Positions 38,600-52,498 of a DNA stretch of 64,000 nt are shown here, one piece after another. The stretch is from Carcharhinus amblyrhynchos. Lineage: Eukaryota. Position numbers and translations under genes: made by a program. The stretch lies in assembly GCA_965287045.1 (NCBI GenBank), contig OZ336885.1:65658001-65722000 (forward strand), read 5' to 3'. Each line of letters starts with the position of its first letter. The first letter of the stretch is position 1. The notes below the pieces were generated by a model, which saw nothing but the letters and a program-made list of their open reading frames with translations, was not told the DNA's origin and ran no database searches.

Positions 38600-41500
38600 G
38601 CCCCATTTGGTCATTGTCAATCAATCAAATCCCCCTTGATCCCCCTATCGACAGGAGCCCAATCAGGTGCAGTGATCCCTGATTTTGACCCTTACAGCCA
38701 TGGTTGTTGCTGGAGGCACACAGGTCACACATCTCCTTTCCATCTTGAATGTGAAGCATGATGGATCACAAACTCAGGACCAGGATCTGTCAGGAATTCC
38801 CCAGCCACTCAACAGTCAAGCAAGGCCTCGGCTTTATCATGCACAGTTATAATACATCCCTGCAACATATTGATATTCTAAAAGCTTCAGAAAACAACAC
38901 ACTACAAACACAAGTGATCACATATTCTAAATACTATTTTAGGTTCAGAATTATGCACAGGGCAATAATATATCCTTGATTAAATCGCAAAGGAAATAAC
39001 ATTCAAATTTGGGTATTGGAGGGTCAAGCACCCAAAAAGTGCTGAAGAGGTATGTATAACTCTCCAAAGCATACGTTTTTCTTTAAAAAAAATCAAAATT
39101 TGCAGAATAAACACATTTGTCACTGTTACCATTTTAGATTTAAATTCCACAGTAACAGCTCAAAATCCTTCACTTTCTGGCATACACATACTATATTCTT
39201 TTATGACCCAATTAACACAATGTAACCGAAGTATAAACTAAAAGTAATTCAAATGCTTTCCATCAGTTTAACTAATCATAGGGGAAACTCCCCCATCATT
39301 CTGTCCACTTTACCAATTTATTTATGAACAACATGATTTGAACAGTGTTGTATCCGTTCCTCCGTTAAACATGTTAGCTCCCATAACCCCAAATAACTAA
39401 ACACGAGGGAAAATCCTGTCATCTGTTGTATGGGAATAGACACTCTCCAAAGCCCTTAACTTTTCAGAAAAAAAACTCCCAAAATATAAGCATTTATACA
39501 CATTGAACAGAACAAACGTTTCATTTGAACATAAGGATTACATTTACTCAGTATAGGAAAGTCACAAAACAAACAGATATTATTCTGTAAAATTGTCTGA
39601 CATTCAAATGGATACATCATAAATGTTTCAATGCAATCGTCCATGAAACACAAAACCCATACAGACTCTCTTTCCATTACCCTTTATTTGTCAAAACTAA
39701 ACTTATTTACCTCTTCAGAATTAAGGCAACATCTCATTTATAAGTTGGTTCTTTTTACGCTCAATTTATTCTACCAATTAATGTCAGAAACTGTAACGCT
39801 TGAACATAACCAATCTCATATATTTGAAAGTTAACAATGAGAAAACCTGAACGACCCAAACTCTTGAAGTCTCAATTGTCACTACGTTTTGTTAAACAAT
39901 CATGGCATCTTGAAGCTATTAAACCTGTCATTCACGAAACATCTACTTAAAACAAAACACAAAAATACTTTCGGCCGGGAGCCAAATGAATTAATTTAGT
40001 CTCAAACAACGTCGTCAATATAAATGAAAAAGAATACAGCCCCAACCGAACAACATTTGAGCTCAGGATTATTCAAAATTCTAACTGGTTATTTCAAACT
40101 TCAATTTATTTACTTTGATTTTGATATTTCAATTCATGTTCCAATTTTTATTTAATCTCTGTATCAAACCCACTGTTATAAAATGGCAGTTAGGGAAATA
40201 ACATTATAACATTAAAAACATTCACACAACCACTTTATTAAACCCACACAGACACGCATGGAAGCTTCCAACATTTATTCCACGTTAGCCTTTATTCAAA
40301 TCCAACGTTCTAAACTGGGATGAAAATAGAACATTGAAGGAAAATAAAGAAAACAGATTAAGACAGTCACCTTCATTCTTTGTTTCTCCCAAACTGTAAT
40401 TAAACTCAAAAACAGAAGTTCAAGAAATTGTATACTTAAATTTTAACACTTCCTCAATCCCTTTAAAGTTAAAGCCAAAGTCTAAAGTATTGCATTCATT
40501 GCCCGCAATAATTAATCCACAAAAACAAATAGGCTTTAACAACTCTTTCTCGCGATCTAATACAACAACCACCTGCATTCATCAAGCAACCAGATCCCAC
40601 AAACACATTGAAATACAAAAATTAATATTTCTCCTTTGGGTTTCTCATGTGGTCCATCTTTAATTCCAGACACCCATTCTACCGACTCATCATTGTTATG
40701 AACACTATGGACTCCCATATTTAGGAGATTTGGTGAGCTGGCGAAATTCCATCTTTAAATGCTTGTAAAAAGGCGCTATCTGTTTGAGCAGATTTGGACA
40801 CTCCTGAACATTCTTTGCAAACTCTTAACAGTCGCTCCCCATATTCAAAGGCCCCTTCATCTCTTTGTTGTTTGTATTGGCAATTCTGGACCAGTTGGTT
40901 GATCTCTAAGACTCGTTGGACTTCTGCCTGAAAATGATTAAATGGTTCCACCATTGCATCGATCTTGGCAGTTTTTTTTTTCGATCGCATACATCCAACT
41001 TCCACCTCGGTAATTCAACCGAGCTCTTTTTGATGGTATTAGCCTTGTCCGCCCGGTCAGCCTTTAGCCCCCACGTGCCCTGTGGGCAAGCAGCCTGTAC
41101 CAACTGGTGTATATCCCGCAACTATAACTGATGTCCAACCCAAATGGTATCAAGTTCTGCCAAAATTTGCTATTGTTGCTCAGAGGCTGGAGCCTTCCCA
41201 GGGAAGCCAAAACTTGTTGTCTTTCTCCTGGGGTAAAGGGCTTATATCGGGCTAAAGGATTCTGTGATGTCCCACGCCGAGTTATGGGTGTGAGATCATA
41301 GGCCTTTTCCTCATTGGCGTCAACGTCTCCTCGGGGTACCATGGGCTTTAGGGCCGACCTATAGGAAGGCAAGGATCCCCAGCCGTTCTCCTCTACAAAT
41401 TGGTTTCTCTTTTCTAGTTCTCGAATGTGTGACTCCAACATTTTGATTTTTTTTTTGCGTTGTCGTCAGTCCATTTCTTATCCGAGATTGAGACTTGTTC

Positions 41501-41820
41501 AATTAATCCCTGCAATTGGTGAACTAAGAGAACTCCAATTTTCTTAGTTCAGACTTTCTTTTCATTTTCAAACCATTTTCGTTGTTGGCCTAACGGGTGA
41601 GAAGACTCCCATCCCCCTTTTCTTATCTGTTCAATGAATCTGTCTCTCTCAGTCATATACTCATTCGTCAGGGAGCCAAGAGTTCCCCAGTTCCCTTATC
41701 AACCCGCCATGACACAGCTAATTTTATGAAGTCGTGGACACCCGGCATCTCACTTTCCCTTGAGAGATCCAGTGTCCTCTCAACAAAGAATGTGAGGACC
41801 CAGTGGTGTGACTTACAACT
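38600..41820 (-). mobile_element. Non-autonomous LTR-retroelement/ERV-like relic: decayed gag, long T/G-rich spacer, integrase C-terminal remnant
   Basis: Minus ORFs 40721-41656 give Gag-like text with an MHR-like QQRDEGAFEYGERL and FLQAFKDGISP. RWKG..TTMAVRVK near 38680-38750 resembles the integrase GPY/F tail and is followed by purine-rich AGGGGGATCAAGGGGGA. No matched LTR pair found. Confidence 0.6.
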
Positions 41821-44427
41821 CCCTGTCTTCGCCTCTCACGGATATGTTGATCAGTCTGCTCCCGTGGAGACAGAAGGAGCTATGACAGAAATGAATGCGT
41901 AACTACTGCAGATTATCAGTTGGTGGCAGGTGGGGTTCGTGGGGACTATAGGAAGGACATGCGTGGAGACAAGTAGCTGAAAGCGTACAGGCTGTTGTGG
42001 ATGGAAGGAACTGGGGAGATTTGAGTGAAGATGCAAAATGGTGTTCAGTACAGCGCTCCCCCTCCCGCCCCCCTTTGATGCCTGGATTGATCTGCTGCCA
42101 TTGGCCTTTGTGCGGCACTGCTTCCCTTTTCAGGGCTCCTTTGGCTTGGCATTGGCCGAACGGGCGACTGCCTCCCATACCGCATTGTCATCCGCATCCT
42201 TAGGCCTGCGTCCTCCTGGGAGGAAGAGTGTGTCCACCTCGCCGATGCTGCATCCATTAGCCTGCTCAGATCGCCTTTAGGAGAATGGGGAGCTGGTCGT
42301 GCGTGCGTAGTCCTGCACTGTCTGCCCGAGCGTTGCTTTAGTTGAGCTGCCCCTCATTAGGGCAGATCAGCTGCAGGAAACTTGGCAGAGCCCTCCAGCA
42401 AGGTATTTGCAGTTTGTTTGTTCGCACTGACTGGGTTGGTAGTGAGCACTTGCAGTTGCGCTGATGGGGGTAGTGGTGGGGTGGACCAGAACCTTCATGA
42501 TTGTGGACATGGAGAAAGAAGGAAATGTCGCATGTTTATGGGAGTCTGGAGGAGTCCACGGTCTTGTGCGGTTGGGTCTGGGTTCGGGGTGACGGGGATC
42601 TCTCTTCCTGATATGTGAAGGGGAGAGGGGGATTTCTCTGCCCGAGGCCAGGGAGAGGGAAGGTGGGCCCGCTTCCACACTGCCTATGATCGGTTGACGT
42701 CCAGGAGTCCTGCTGCCATTCTGTCTGAGATCAGAGGGGTTGGGTGATCCGCTGCCACTCTGCATGAGACCACTAGGGAAAGGGGGAGGCACACGCGATC
42801 GGCCTGGCTGATGCGGGTGGTGGTAGGGTGGCGGGGGCTGGATCAGCCGGTTCATAATTTTGATGGGAATTAGTTAATGTTTTTGAGGACCATGGGAGGA
42901 ATTAACCAGCCCTGGAATGATGTTGTAGATTCCTGCAATTCTACATTTTTTTTCGCAATGCGCAGTTGGAGGTGCCAATTCGAGAGTGTTTTGCCTCGCC
43001 CGCGGACTTGTGTAGCGCGATTCGAACTCGCTGATACTTTCGCAGGCAGTGTGTGCACGGAGGTGCCTGAGGATGAGTCGCAAACTCGGATGTGAAACAC
43101 TGACAACTTCAATTCCGCCCAGCACTTCGAATAATAATGGTAAAATAGCGTCCAGGACCCTAACCGTTCGTTCCCAGCCGTTGTCTTAAATTTCAGTAAG
43201 TCCGGCGAAAACAGCACTTTGGACCACTTTGACACACACAATGTAATACTTCAAAAGGATGCTGACGAACAGCTTCCAAAGTAAAATTGAAGCTAGCAAA
43301 TAAATAATGCCAAACCAGGAAAACCCACGTAAATTACATTATAAAATTATCTGAGCCAGGGCTAATGAGAATATATTTTTCAATATTTGTATTAAATTAA
43401 CTTCAACCAGCACCCATATTTTTTTTTACCCGAATCCGCATTGCTCTAATCGGAAATAATGTACTGACTTGCCACTTAAGTGGCTTTCGCGAATTGCTCC
43501 TTCACTTTCATAGTCGGAATAAATATATATTAGCCTGAGATCACGTAGCAGCCGACTCGAGAACAACTTATTTGCTGCTGCCATCACGTATTTCCATACT
43601 ACGCACATTGATCTGAACTTTGTCTCCAACAAAGCTATGACTGTAATGCTGCGGTCTAGACCCGCTCCGTTCCTTCTCCCATACGTAATCTGCATATACC
43701 ATGTTTTGTGTTGCAAAGCACACAGCAACACGTGACAATAATAAGTAAAATGCATTATATTTTTATTGATTTGATATATCCATATTTGTAGCTATGTCAC
43801 TGCAGTGACATTCATTACTTCTTGATGCATTACAACATGACAAAATGTGGGCGTATGACATAGCAATGCGATAATGCGTGAAATTAATTTGGAGTTAATA
43901 CAAAAAAAATCAATAAGTCAGGAAATTCAGCAATCAACCTGTCTACCATGAGCAATATGCAGTTGGGAATTCGGAACTTTTCTAGAAAATCTAATAGTGT
44001 GTAAATGTATATGAAAAAAATGCACACCACCAATGGAAAAACCGTTATCCCAAAAGTAAGGAAAGTATAGGTATTCAGCATGATGTCCAGCAGGGCTTTA
44101 AATATATCATCATAACGCTTCTCCTGCTTTCAAATGTAGCGATTTTTTTTTCCGGGAATCAACAGTTCGAATTGATTGTGATGTCTACTACTTGATTTTG
44201 TGTATACAATTGTGTAGGTGGATATTTCAGATTAGTTCAGGTTCCATGTGACTCAATTATAAATTAGTTAGCAGTAGTCAAACAGATATCAATTTGCTCA
44301 ACGCTTAATAAACAGTTGCAGAATTTGTTTTGCCTTTTGAATTAATGTTCAGACTACAAATATTGAATATAATGTTTTGGTCCCTTTTTTTTCATTATGA
44401 ATTTATTTTTCGTGCACTTCATTTCAG

Positions 44428-44454
44428 ACGATCAATTGCAGGTTTGCTTAAGTG
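44428..44454 (+). CDS. 27-nt phase-1 mini-exon DQLQVCLS
   Basis: cacttcatttcag|...aagtg|gtaaat; continues the heptad register of the previous exon. Confidence 0.65.
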
Positions 44455-45209
44455 GTAAATACATAATCACATTTCCTTAATTTCTCGTGATACATTTCAG
44501 ATGTTTGCTTTAGATTACATAAGGTGTAATGCGCACGTTTTTTTGCCTTTCGTTTAAAGTTGCAAATGTTCCGTTTGTATGAGAGCCTAGCAATAGCTAT
44601 TGCACATGTGATATAATTAACGAAATGTGAATAGGGACAGGTGCGTGAGGAATATTATCCATGTGATCTACTGTTGGCTTCAGATCAGATATTTAAGCAG
44701 CTTCATTTGGAACAACTCCACTCGTTGCAAAACAAAATGAGGACGTGCATTTTCCCCAGAACGTGTGATAGTCCAGCCAAAATGTTGCAAAGTCTTTGTG
44801 TTCTAAGTTTTAGTTCACTGCTCATGTAGACTTAACAGAGAATTGAAAAGCACATTTTCTGTTGTAAATGCCTTTTCATGTCTAAAGACTGTTGCCTCTC
44901 TATTTGCTTCCCTCTGTGCATCATTGTGGTGATGCTGCCATGGATCCAAAGCAAAGGAATAAAAATCGATCCTAACATTATTTTCTTAATTATTGGCGTT
45001 TCCCACCACGTTGGTGATGTTGCGGCAAAAGCATTATGGGCTACCTGAATTACTGGAGTTAAAATACGTTTTTTTTTTAACAAAAACATTCTGAGTCAAC
45101 ATAAGCATTAATGTATTGCAATGTCTTGCAAAACACCTGAAAGGAAAGTGATCTACTTAATTGCGCATTAAAATAGTCAACTTCAAACCCTTTGTTCATT
45201 GCATTTCAG

Positions 45210-45251
45210 AGTTGAAACAATGCAAGCAAAATGAGAAAGACAAGGACAGAG
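45210..45251 (+). CDS. 42-nt phase-1 mini-exon (E)LKQCKQNEKDKDR
   Basis: tttgttcattgcatttcag|...cagag|gtcagt; exactly two heptads. Confidence 0.7.
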
Positions 45252-46737
45252 GTCAGTCAAAATTATTCAAGGGCCTTGAATTGGTGGGCAGGAAACAAGC
45301 TTATCATCAATATTGTTGTGACACCAGATAAAACACAAACACGCACTGTAGGAATTTCTGTACTCTAAAGGTGTTCAGTAGAGCAGGGAAAGCGACAACA
45401 GGCCAAGCCCTGAAAAAAGAAACATTAAGTTTCAACTGTCATCGCCCTTTAAAGGAACAGTAAGACGACATCCTTCACAATCTGATCGTTAGCTGAAGGA
45501 AGCAAGATCAATGTGGAGTAACAAATTGATAGGAAACGTGGAACGTCTACTTTGTTGTCAAATACAAGAAGAAAGATTTAGCTTAACAGTTGACAATCTT
45601 GAAACAAATCTCCATCTTGGCGGGGGGCTGCATATTTAAAATCGGTGCCAATGCAGGGAAAACAAATGTTGATGTGGCCAGAAGAGAAGTAAAGTGCCAA
45701 TAGTTGCAAGAAAAAACTAAATGTGTGCTTATTGTAACTAAATGGTGAGGAAGTCACGTTACGATCTAGTTTAATTTAGAACCAAGACATTATGAATACA
45801 GCGTTGAAGGATACGTCAGTTAACACAATGCAAACATCGGCGTCTTCAAATGGAATATAACCAATACAAAAAAAAATAAACTCACGAGTACAGCAAGGAG
45901 TAAAATAAGTTATACACGGAGGAAGTGACGTTGATGTGCACAGTAAGGAGAACAATGGGCTTTCTCTTACAAAGGAACTGCCTCCATGAGAGCATCCACG
46001 CTCGAAACAGCGGATAAAAAGGGTTTTCAGATAGGATAGTTGCAGATAATGGTGATACTTCCCCAAGATCGACTGAAAAGTACTTCATGGTACAGAGGAA
46101 ATAATGGACTGGAATTTCGGGTATACTGGCCTTTCAGTTAAAACAAAGCCGATACGGTAGCCATGCAGCAATACCTTAGTGGAGAATGATGGGCATAAAT
46201 TACGTCATTTTGAAACAAGGTTACCTTTTATTGAGAGAATTTGGAATGGGACAGTTTGAATGCATTCGAGCATAGTCATTGTATATACATGTAATTATCA
46301 ATTTTTCGATTAACACATAAAATTAGAGCCGAATTTTGTTTGGTAATGTCCGTACCATCAAAGAAGAGACAAAGCAATCAGATATCCATTATCACATGAA
46401 TGCCGCAAATGTGTTGAACACACATTTCGGGCTCCATTTTATAATTTTGATTCTAAGTACTGGGCGGATTTGAAACTGGGAGTGTTTCATATCGGCGTTT
46501 TTACACGTTCTCAGGCGGTCCCATACGCATTCTACCTGCAAAAATATCAGCGCGTCCGAACGCCCTACCCAAGCCCGCCCGCAACAGGCATGGTTCCACC
46601 ACCATAAAGTCCTAGACCAATTATCGTACGTCCCCCTCGCCACCCGTGCCGATCAAGGTCCGCTCTCCCCTTTCCCTCCACCGATGTCATGCAGATTGGC
46701 AGCGAAACCCACTTTCCCCCCCATTGACAAAGATGTA

Positions 46738-47152
46738 GAACAGAGAACATAGAACATTACAGCGCAGTACAGGCCCTTCGGCCCTCGATGTTGCGCCGAC
46801 CAGTGGAACCAATCTAACGACCCTCTAACCTAAATATGTTAACCATATGCCTATCCACTGACCATTTGAACGCCCTTAAATTTGGCGAGTCCACAACTGC
46901 TGCAGGCAGGGCATTCCACGACCTTACTACCCTCTGAGTAAAAAAACTACCTCTGACATCCGTCCTATAATTCCCACGCCTTAATTTAAAGCTATGTCCC
47001 CTTGTGTTAGCCATCACCATCCGAGGTAAACGGCTGTCACTCTCCACCCTATCCAATCCTTTGATCATTTTGTATGTGTCAATCAGGTCACCTCGTAAAC
47101 CTTTTCTCTCCAACGAAAACAACCTCAAGTCCCTCAGCCTTTCCTCATAAGG
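46738..47152 (-). mobile_element. CR1 LINE 3' fragment (different subfamily)
   Basis: LFSLERKGLRGDLIDTYKMIKGLDRV..TRGHSFKL..FFTQRVVRSWNALP; AGAACAT tail. Confidence 0.95.
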
Positions 47153-47289
47153 CCTGTAGTTGCAGGGGATTTTTTTTTTTAATTCGTGAAGTTCATACCA
47201 ATACTTTTAAGACATATCGTGAGTGGTGAGCAGTGCATTTTCTGCCCCTTGGCAGGGTGATGGAAGTCGTTGACCGCCTTGAATGCATA

Positions 47290-49325
47290 TTCGAGAGGGA
47301 GGTTGTGCCAAACTTCATAGGGAGAGTCGAAGAAAGTGGACATTTTGGGGGATTACGATGCGCTAGGAGTTAAACCAAAGAACACATCTTCAAAGGTTGA
47401 AATATCTGGAGTACAGCCCAAGCCAGGTGCAAATTGACATAGAGATGTGATATTTAGGGAACTAAACACCTGGCGATAAGAGTGATGTGGGAAGTAGGGT
47501 TTCCATTTCATGAGGCAGTGGCACCAGTACTGAAAGAAATCTGTTGGGTTGGTTTCAGCCGAACGGATCTGAGACTGGTTTTCGATCAAAAACGATGAAT
47601 GCTGTGGTCACAAAATATTTCAACTAACAAATGGGGTGTGTGCGTGTGTGTGTGTGTGGGGGACGGGAGGTGTGGCTTGTTACCGGTGGGGGTGCAAGGG
47701 TACAACTACGGGAAATATAATGGCTGATGGGAAGGGAACCAAAAGCTTAGCATGTAGTGAGGAGGATTTAATTAGACTGAATGATGAATAAGTAATAACA
47801 CTGAAAATGAAGTAAAATCCAGGTGATGTTCCGAATTCAAGTGTCAAGGTTCAGAAATAATGTATAAAAATTAGCATCAGAATACGTTAATTAAATATTC
47901 GTGGCATTCCAAACAGGGTAAATGAGTTGAAGGCACAAATCATCTTTTAGGAGACTGATTTATTGGTAATAAAATGACATGGTTGGAGGCCGGTGACGAC
48001 TGGAAATTAAATATCCAAGAGTATCAGACTATTCGGAAGCACAAACGTGAATATAAAGGAGGAGATGCAAATATGATATTTAAGGCCACCAAGACGGTTG
48101 TGAGAGATGAGGTAGTGAAATTTGAAATTGGGAACGTTACGAAGTAAAAACAAAACAAAGATATGCATTGGTTTTTGCCAGGAAATAACAACTTCATATT
48201 GGGGCGCTTGATCAAATAAAAACTAATGCATGCAAAATGGTAAGGCGATTATGGCAACTACCACCTTGATGTCGATTGGCCAGATCAAGTCAGCCATTTC
48301 AGCCTTAAAGTGAAGTTCAAGGAATGTTGCTGTGGAAATTACCTCGAACAGTATATAATGGAACTTATGATGAATCAATCTATCCTAGATGTAGTTCTGT
48401 GTAATGCGAATGGAATAATTAATGATCTCACAGTTAGGGATCCTCTTGAAGGGAGCGATCACAGTATGGCTGAATCCAAAATATAGATGTAGCGTGAGAA
48501 GATAAAATGTAACACCAATGTATTGTATCAGAACAAACGTTTCTACAATGAGATGAGCGACGAGTTGCCTCAATTCGACTGGGAGGGAAAGGTTAATCGG
48601 AGGTCAACTGACGAACAGTGGAGTGTTTTCAAAAGTTTTTGTCATATTTCTCATCAAATGCATATACCCGTGAATCGGAAGGCCCGTGGCAAAAAGATAT
48701 AAGCAGCCGTGTAAATCTAAGGGACAAAAGGAGGGTATCACATTGAGAGAAGGTGCATCCAGCTCCGCAAATTTCAGTGGGAAACTAGAGGATTGGAAAA
48801 TCATTGAACATAGTACAATGCCATGAAAAAAAAAATGCATAAAGTCAGTTAAGCTAGATGATGAGAGTAAACTAGCTCAGAATTTAAAAATAGAAGGCAA
48901 AAGCGTCAACCAATATATAAAAAGGGGGGAAATGGCAAAGATAAGCGGATGAGAAGGGGTTTAATAACGAAAAAAAAAAGGAAATGGCCGAGGCATTTAA
49001 CAATGATTTAGTGACTGTCTTCAGTGGAAAACACAAATTTAGGAGTTGATTTAGGACTGACACCGTGGAGAAATTCTTCAAATAAACTGTTATAAATCTA
49101 TGGCATTCCCAGCCAGTGAGCAAATTGAGGCTACTTCGTTGTTTTTTTTTTCATCTTGAGGCATGTATATATATTTTTTTTGAACGATAAAGGAATAAAG
49201 GGTTGTCATGAGCGGGTGCATAATGGAGCTTAGTTCACGGAAAAATGAGCCATGATTTTGTTGAATGACGGATCATGGTCGAGCTGCCAGATGACTAATT
49301 CCTGCTCATATTTATTATTTTCTTA
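47290..49325 (+). mobile_element. Old CR1 LINE (ORF1 end, endonuclease, internal deletion of most RT, 3' UTR)
   Basis: Endonuclease remnants (..acatggttggag..gactggaaattaaatatccaag; gggagcgatcacagtatg = SDH motif); 3' UTR at 49190-49325 resembles the young copies. Confidence 0.8.
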
Positions 49326-49794
49326 GAAGTGAGACATACAAATGATATGCTGAGCATATTGACTAGTTTCATATTCATAGAGGTCAATGCAAAATGGCTT
49401 ACATCTGAGAGGTATGCTATGCAGAGACGATCCGGGGTCAGGGAAAAAAAAAACTTGGTGCATATCCGAAATGCAAGGCGAGGGGAGACATGTAAGAGAG
49501 GATGTGTTCAATGTAAAATTAACATTAAATTCTACTCAAGCATATATTTTACAAAGCTGTGTTTGTTTACGTTTTCCTGTTTGCTAACTTGCGAAAAAAG
49601 GTGCTGTTGTGATCATTTGTCTTCTCACCCACGATAAACCAACCTAAAAACCAAGCAGACTATTATGGGAAACCAAGTCGTTCTTTCGAAAGTGCAAATA
49701 GTCAATCAAGCTTCGTTATAATTGCTTTTCTCTTTCGCATTCAGGTCGTATGCTATGGATTTGGAAAAATAGATGTGATGATGGTTCATCAAGC

Positions 49795-49818
49795 CCACAC
49801 ACACACGCACGCACACGC

Positions 49819-49858
<40 letters not shown>

Positions 49859-49895
49859 ATACACATACGCGCACACATGCACAGAGAAACACACA
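49795..49895. repeat. Compound (CA)n/(CACG)n microsatellite
   Basis: Direct reading. Confidence 0.95.
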
Positions 49896-50115
49896 AAATG
49901 AGGTAGCCCCGATCTAATCAGTTTAATTCAACGTGGTCTTACAGTGATGAATTGCATATGCTCTTGGTGTATCTTCAATTCTGCATACTATTAGTATTAT
50001 TGTTGAGCCAAATAATCTTCAGACCTCGATTATCTTGATTTTGCTAACCTGAGTTCAGAGACTTTGATGCTGATGCTTGTTTTACTGATAGTCTGAATGA
50101 AATGGTATCTTACAG

Positions 50116-50151
50116 AATTAATGACATGCAAACGCGAACTGAATGATATAG
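50116..50151 (+). CDS. 36-nt phase-1 mini-exon (E)LMTCKRELNDI
   Basis: tatcttacag|...tatag|gtaagc; shares ELxxCK with the 45210 exon. Confidence 0.72.
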
Positions 50152-50609
50152 GTAAGCAATCGAACAACACGATTCGAACACATCCTCAAGATAAACCCAG
50201 TGAAAGAAATATGTGGTCATTCGGTTTCAGACGCGATGTCTGAAACAGAAGAGATGTCCAGTTTCTCTTCATGATTTCATTTCATTTGATTATTTAGTTC
50301 GAGAGAGCGAGGCATCAATGTGGCGTAAATCAAAATTGAAAATCAGTTGCACACCAACCTGTGGAGAATTCAGCCGCGATAAGGACATCAATTATTGAGA
50401 AATTGTAGTTTACAACATGAAGACCTATTCACATAAATGTATGTCTCACAATGCATAGTTCTTCAACAGGCGAAATGTGTTATTTGATGAAAATGTTGGC
50501 AAAATTATCAACGTGTCATCATTCAGAACTGTTCACATTGACTCGTATTTTCCCATGTCTCCCACCCAGTCTCCGTTTAATGTACTTTGTCCTCAATTTC
50601 CCAGGCGTT

Positions 50610-51345
50610 TGCATCGCTGCCTAGACAAATATTTGTTGCTGATCCCTCATTGCCCTTCAAAATCTGGTAGTACACTGTCTTCCTGAACGCTTCCGATCCT
50701 GAGGTATGGTGAGGGATTTCACCGGGAATATCTGCTCTCGTCCTTCTTACTTTCGAAACTGGAAGCTAAGATTTGTCTTTTTTTCCCTCTGATTTAGAAA
50801 CGTGCATACCGTTAACGGTATACACTAGAGTGGTTGAATGTTTATTGATGGCATGTCAATCAAATTGGTTGCTCCACGCCCTGGGAATGTTTCAGCAGCA
50901 CACTTCCAGACAAATAGAAAATAAACACTTTCAAGAATTGACTTATAAATGATGGACAGACTCTGTGTTTGAGGAAACAACGCGCCACAGCTTGCCCAGC
51001 CTTTGATCTCCTGTACTAGCTATATCATTCATATGGCTAGACGCGTGTCAGTTTCTGGTCAATTGTAACATCGAGGATGCTGCAGCTCGGGGTTGAGTCT
51101 TCAGACACAATAATGCCGTTGCATTTCAGCGAACGATCACTTGACCCTCTATCATTGGGGATATAAATTCTCTGTCATTAGTGCGAAGCAAATGTCACAT
51201 GCCAATTGCGAGCGCTGTCCTGGGTATCTTCTAGGCCTTTCCATATTTGTAACATGGGCGTATGTTTTTGAGGAGAAGCGAATGCTGTTATATATTGTGT
51301 AGTCATGATTTAATTACCCCATTTCCGACCATTCGATGAAGCTTT
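50610..51345 (-). mobile_element. Highly decayed LINE fragments (L2/CR1-clade)
   Basis: atttgttgctgatccctcattgcccttc is the reverse complement of the SINE/LINE tail seen at 23520; gtcagtttctggtcaattgtaacatcgaggatg is a typical reverse RT C-terminal segment. Confidence 0.5.
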
Positions 51346-52498
51346 CTTCAGCATCCGCCAAAATGTAATATTAGTAGTTTTAAATAATCCATATTTTTTC
51401 GCCTCAAACTTCGAAGGCATTGAAAGTTAGTATAACTTGATGGTTGCTGAAACAAGGCAATCCATCAAATATTAGTCTTGCGCCGTCTTTTGATCGTGGA
51501 TTTAACCCTGTATTGACTTTAACTGATTTAATTTCCATTATTCATTGCTAAAAATGACTTAAATGGGCGTGTGCCCGTTGAAACCTGATGAAACATCATC
51601 ATCTCTATTATTCCAAATCCATAGCACACGAACTGGATGCAAAGGAGAAAGGCAAGTCTTACGAAACAAGTAATCGGTTTTTTTTTGAAAAATACTCGCT
51701 TGATAGTTTGACTATTTGCAGTTTCGAAGGAACAACTTGGATTCTTATAATGGTTCCAGGAGTCAAAAAATTAAGTGGAATTAGTATTTGATCGCGAGTA
51801 TCCTGAACATAAACAAGCACGACAGGATTGTTTGGACAACGTTTATAAAAATGTCAATTTCCTCTGAAATTTAAGAAAGAAAGAGTACCATGTTTAGTGT
51901 CTGTGCAGTTGATCAAAAGCAGGTACAAGTGGAAAGGTATTTAGAAACAGGGGAGAATGGTCATAAAGCCAATGGAAAAGTGAACAACGGTCCATTCTTT
52001 TCTTGCATGCAGAGCCAGAAATGCTGGTGATCGGGTGACAATAACATTTTGATAAAATCAAAATGGATCAATAAATTGGAACCAAACTTATTTTCCTTCT
52101 TCGGGAGACGAGTAAGGATATCGTTTCAAAAATGAACCGGAAAGAAACTAAAGAAATGCATGTAGCTGACCAAGTCCTGGGAGATTAAACATTATTTCTG
52201 CTTTTTTTTCTTGTTTAGCATTTCTGCAGGAAGATATTCCGTGTCTCTGACTGTACTTTCACGTATATATTATTAGTTTCTATAGAAGGATACTTGACAC
52301 AACCATGAACGTTGTTTTATACATTCTCGCAATTATTACCACCAGATAGTGAAGTGAAGGATAGTTGATTAGTGGAAATGAATACATACTTTCTGAAAGT
52401 AACAATAACTGATAACACAAAATTAAAGCATTTTAATCTATTTCCCGTTTCTTGTAAAACTAACATGTAATTCTTATACCACATTCACAGTAGAAAAA

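Larger units (their letters stand above)
49510..51870. repeat. Diverged inverted duplication (49510-49793 versus 51585-51870)
   Basis: tgatgaaccatcatcacatctatttttccaaatccatagcatacg (reverse complement) versus tgatgaaacatcatcatctctattattccaaatccatagcacacg; ttgactatttgca shared. Confidence 0.9.

Noticed and set aside
38450-41820. Paired LTRs around the gag relic
   Set aside because: The sequence after the purine tract does not match the sequence before the putative PBS.
41597-43241. Pro/Gly-rich ORFs up to 162 aa
   Set aside because: These are expected in GC-rich repeat DNA and have no recognisable domain.
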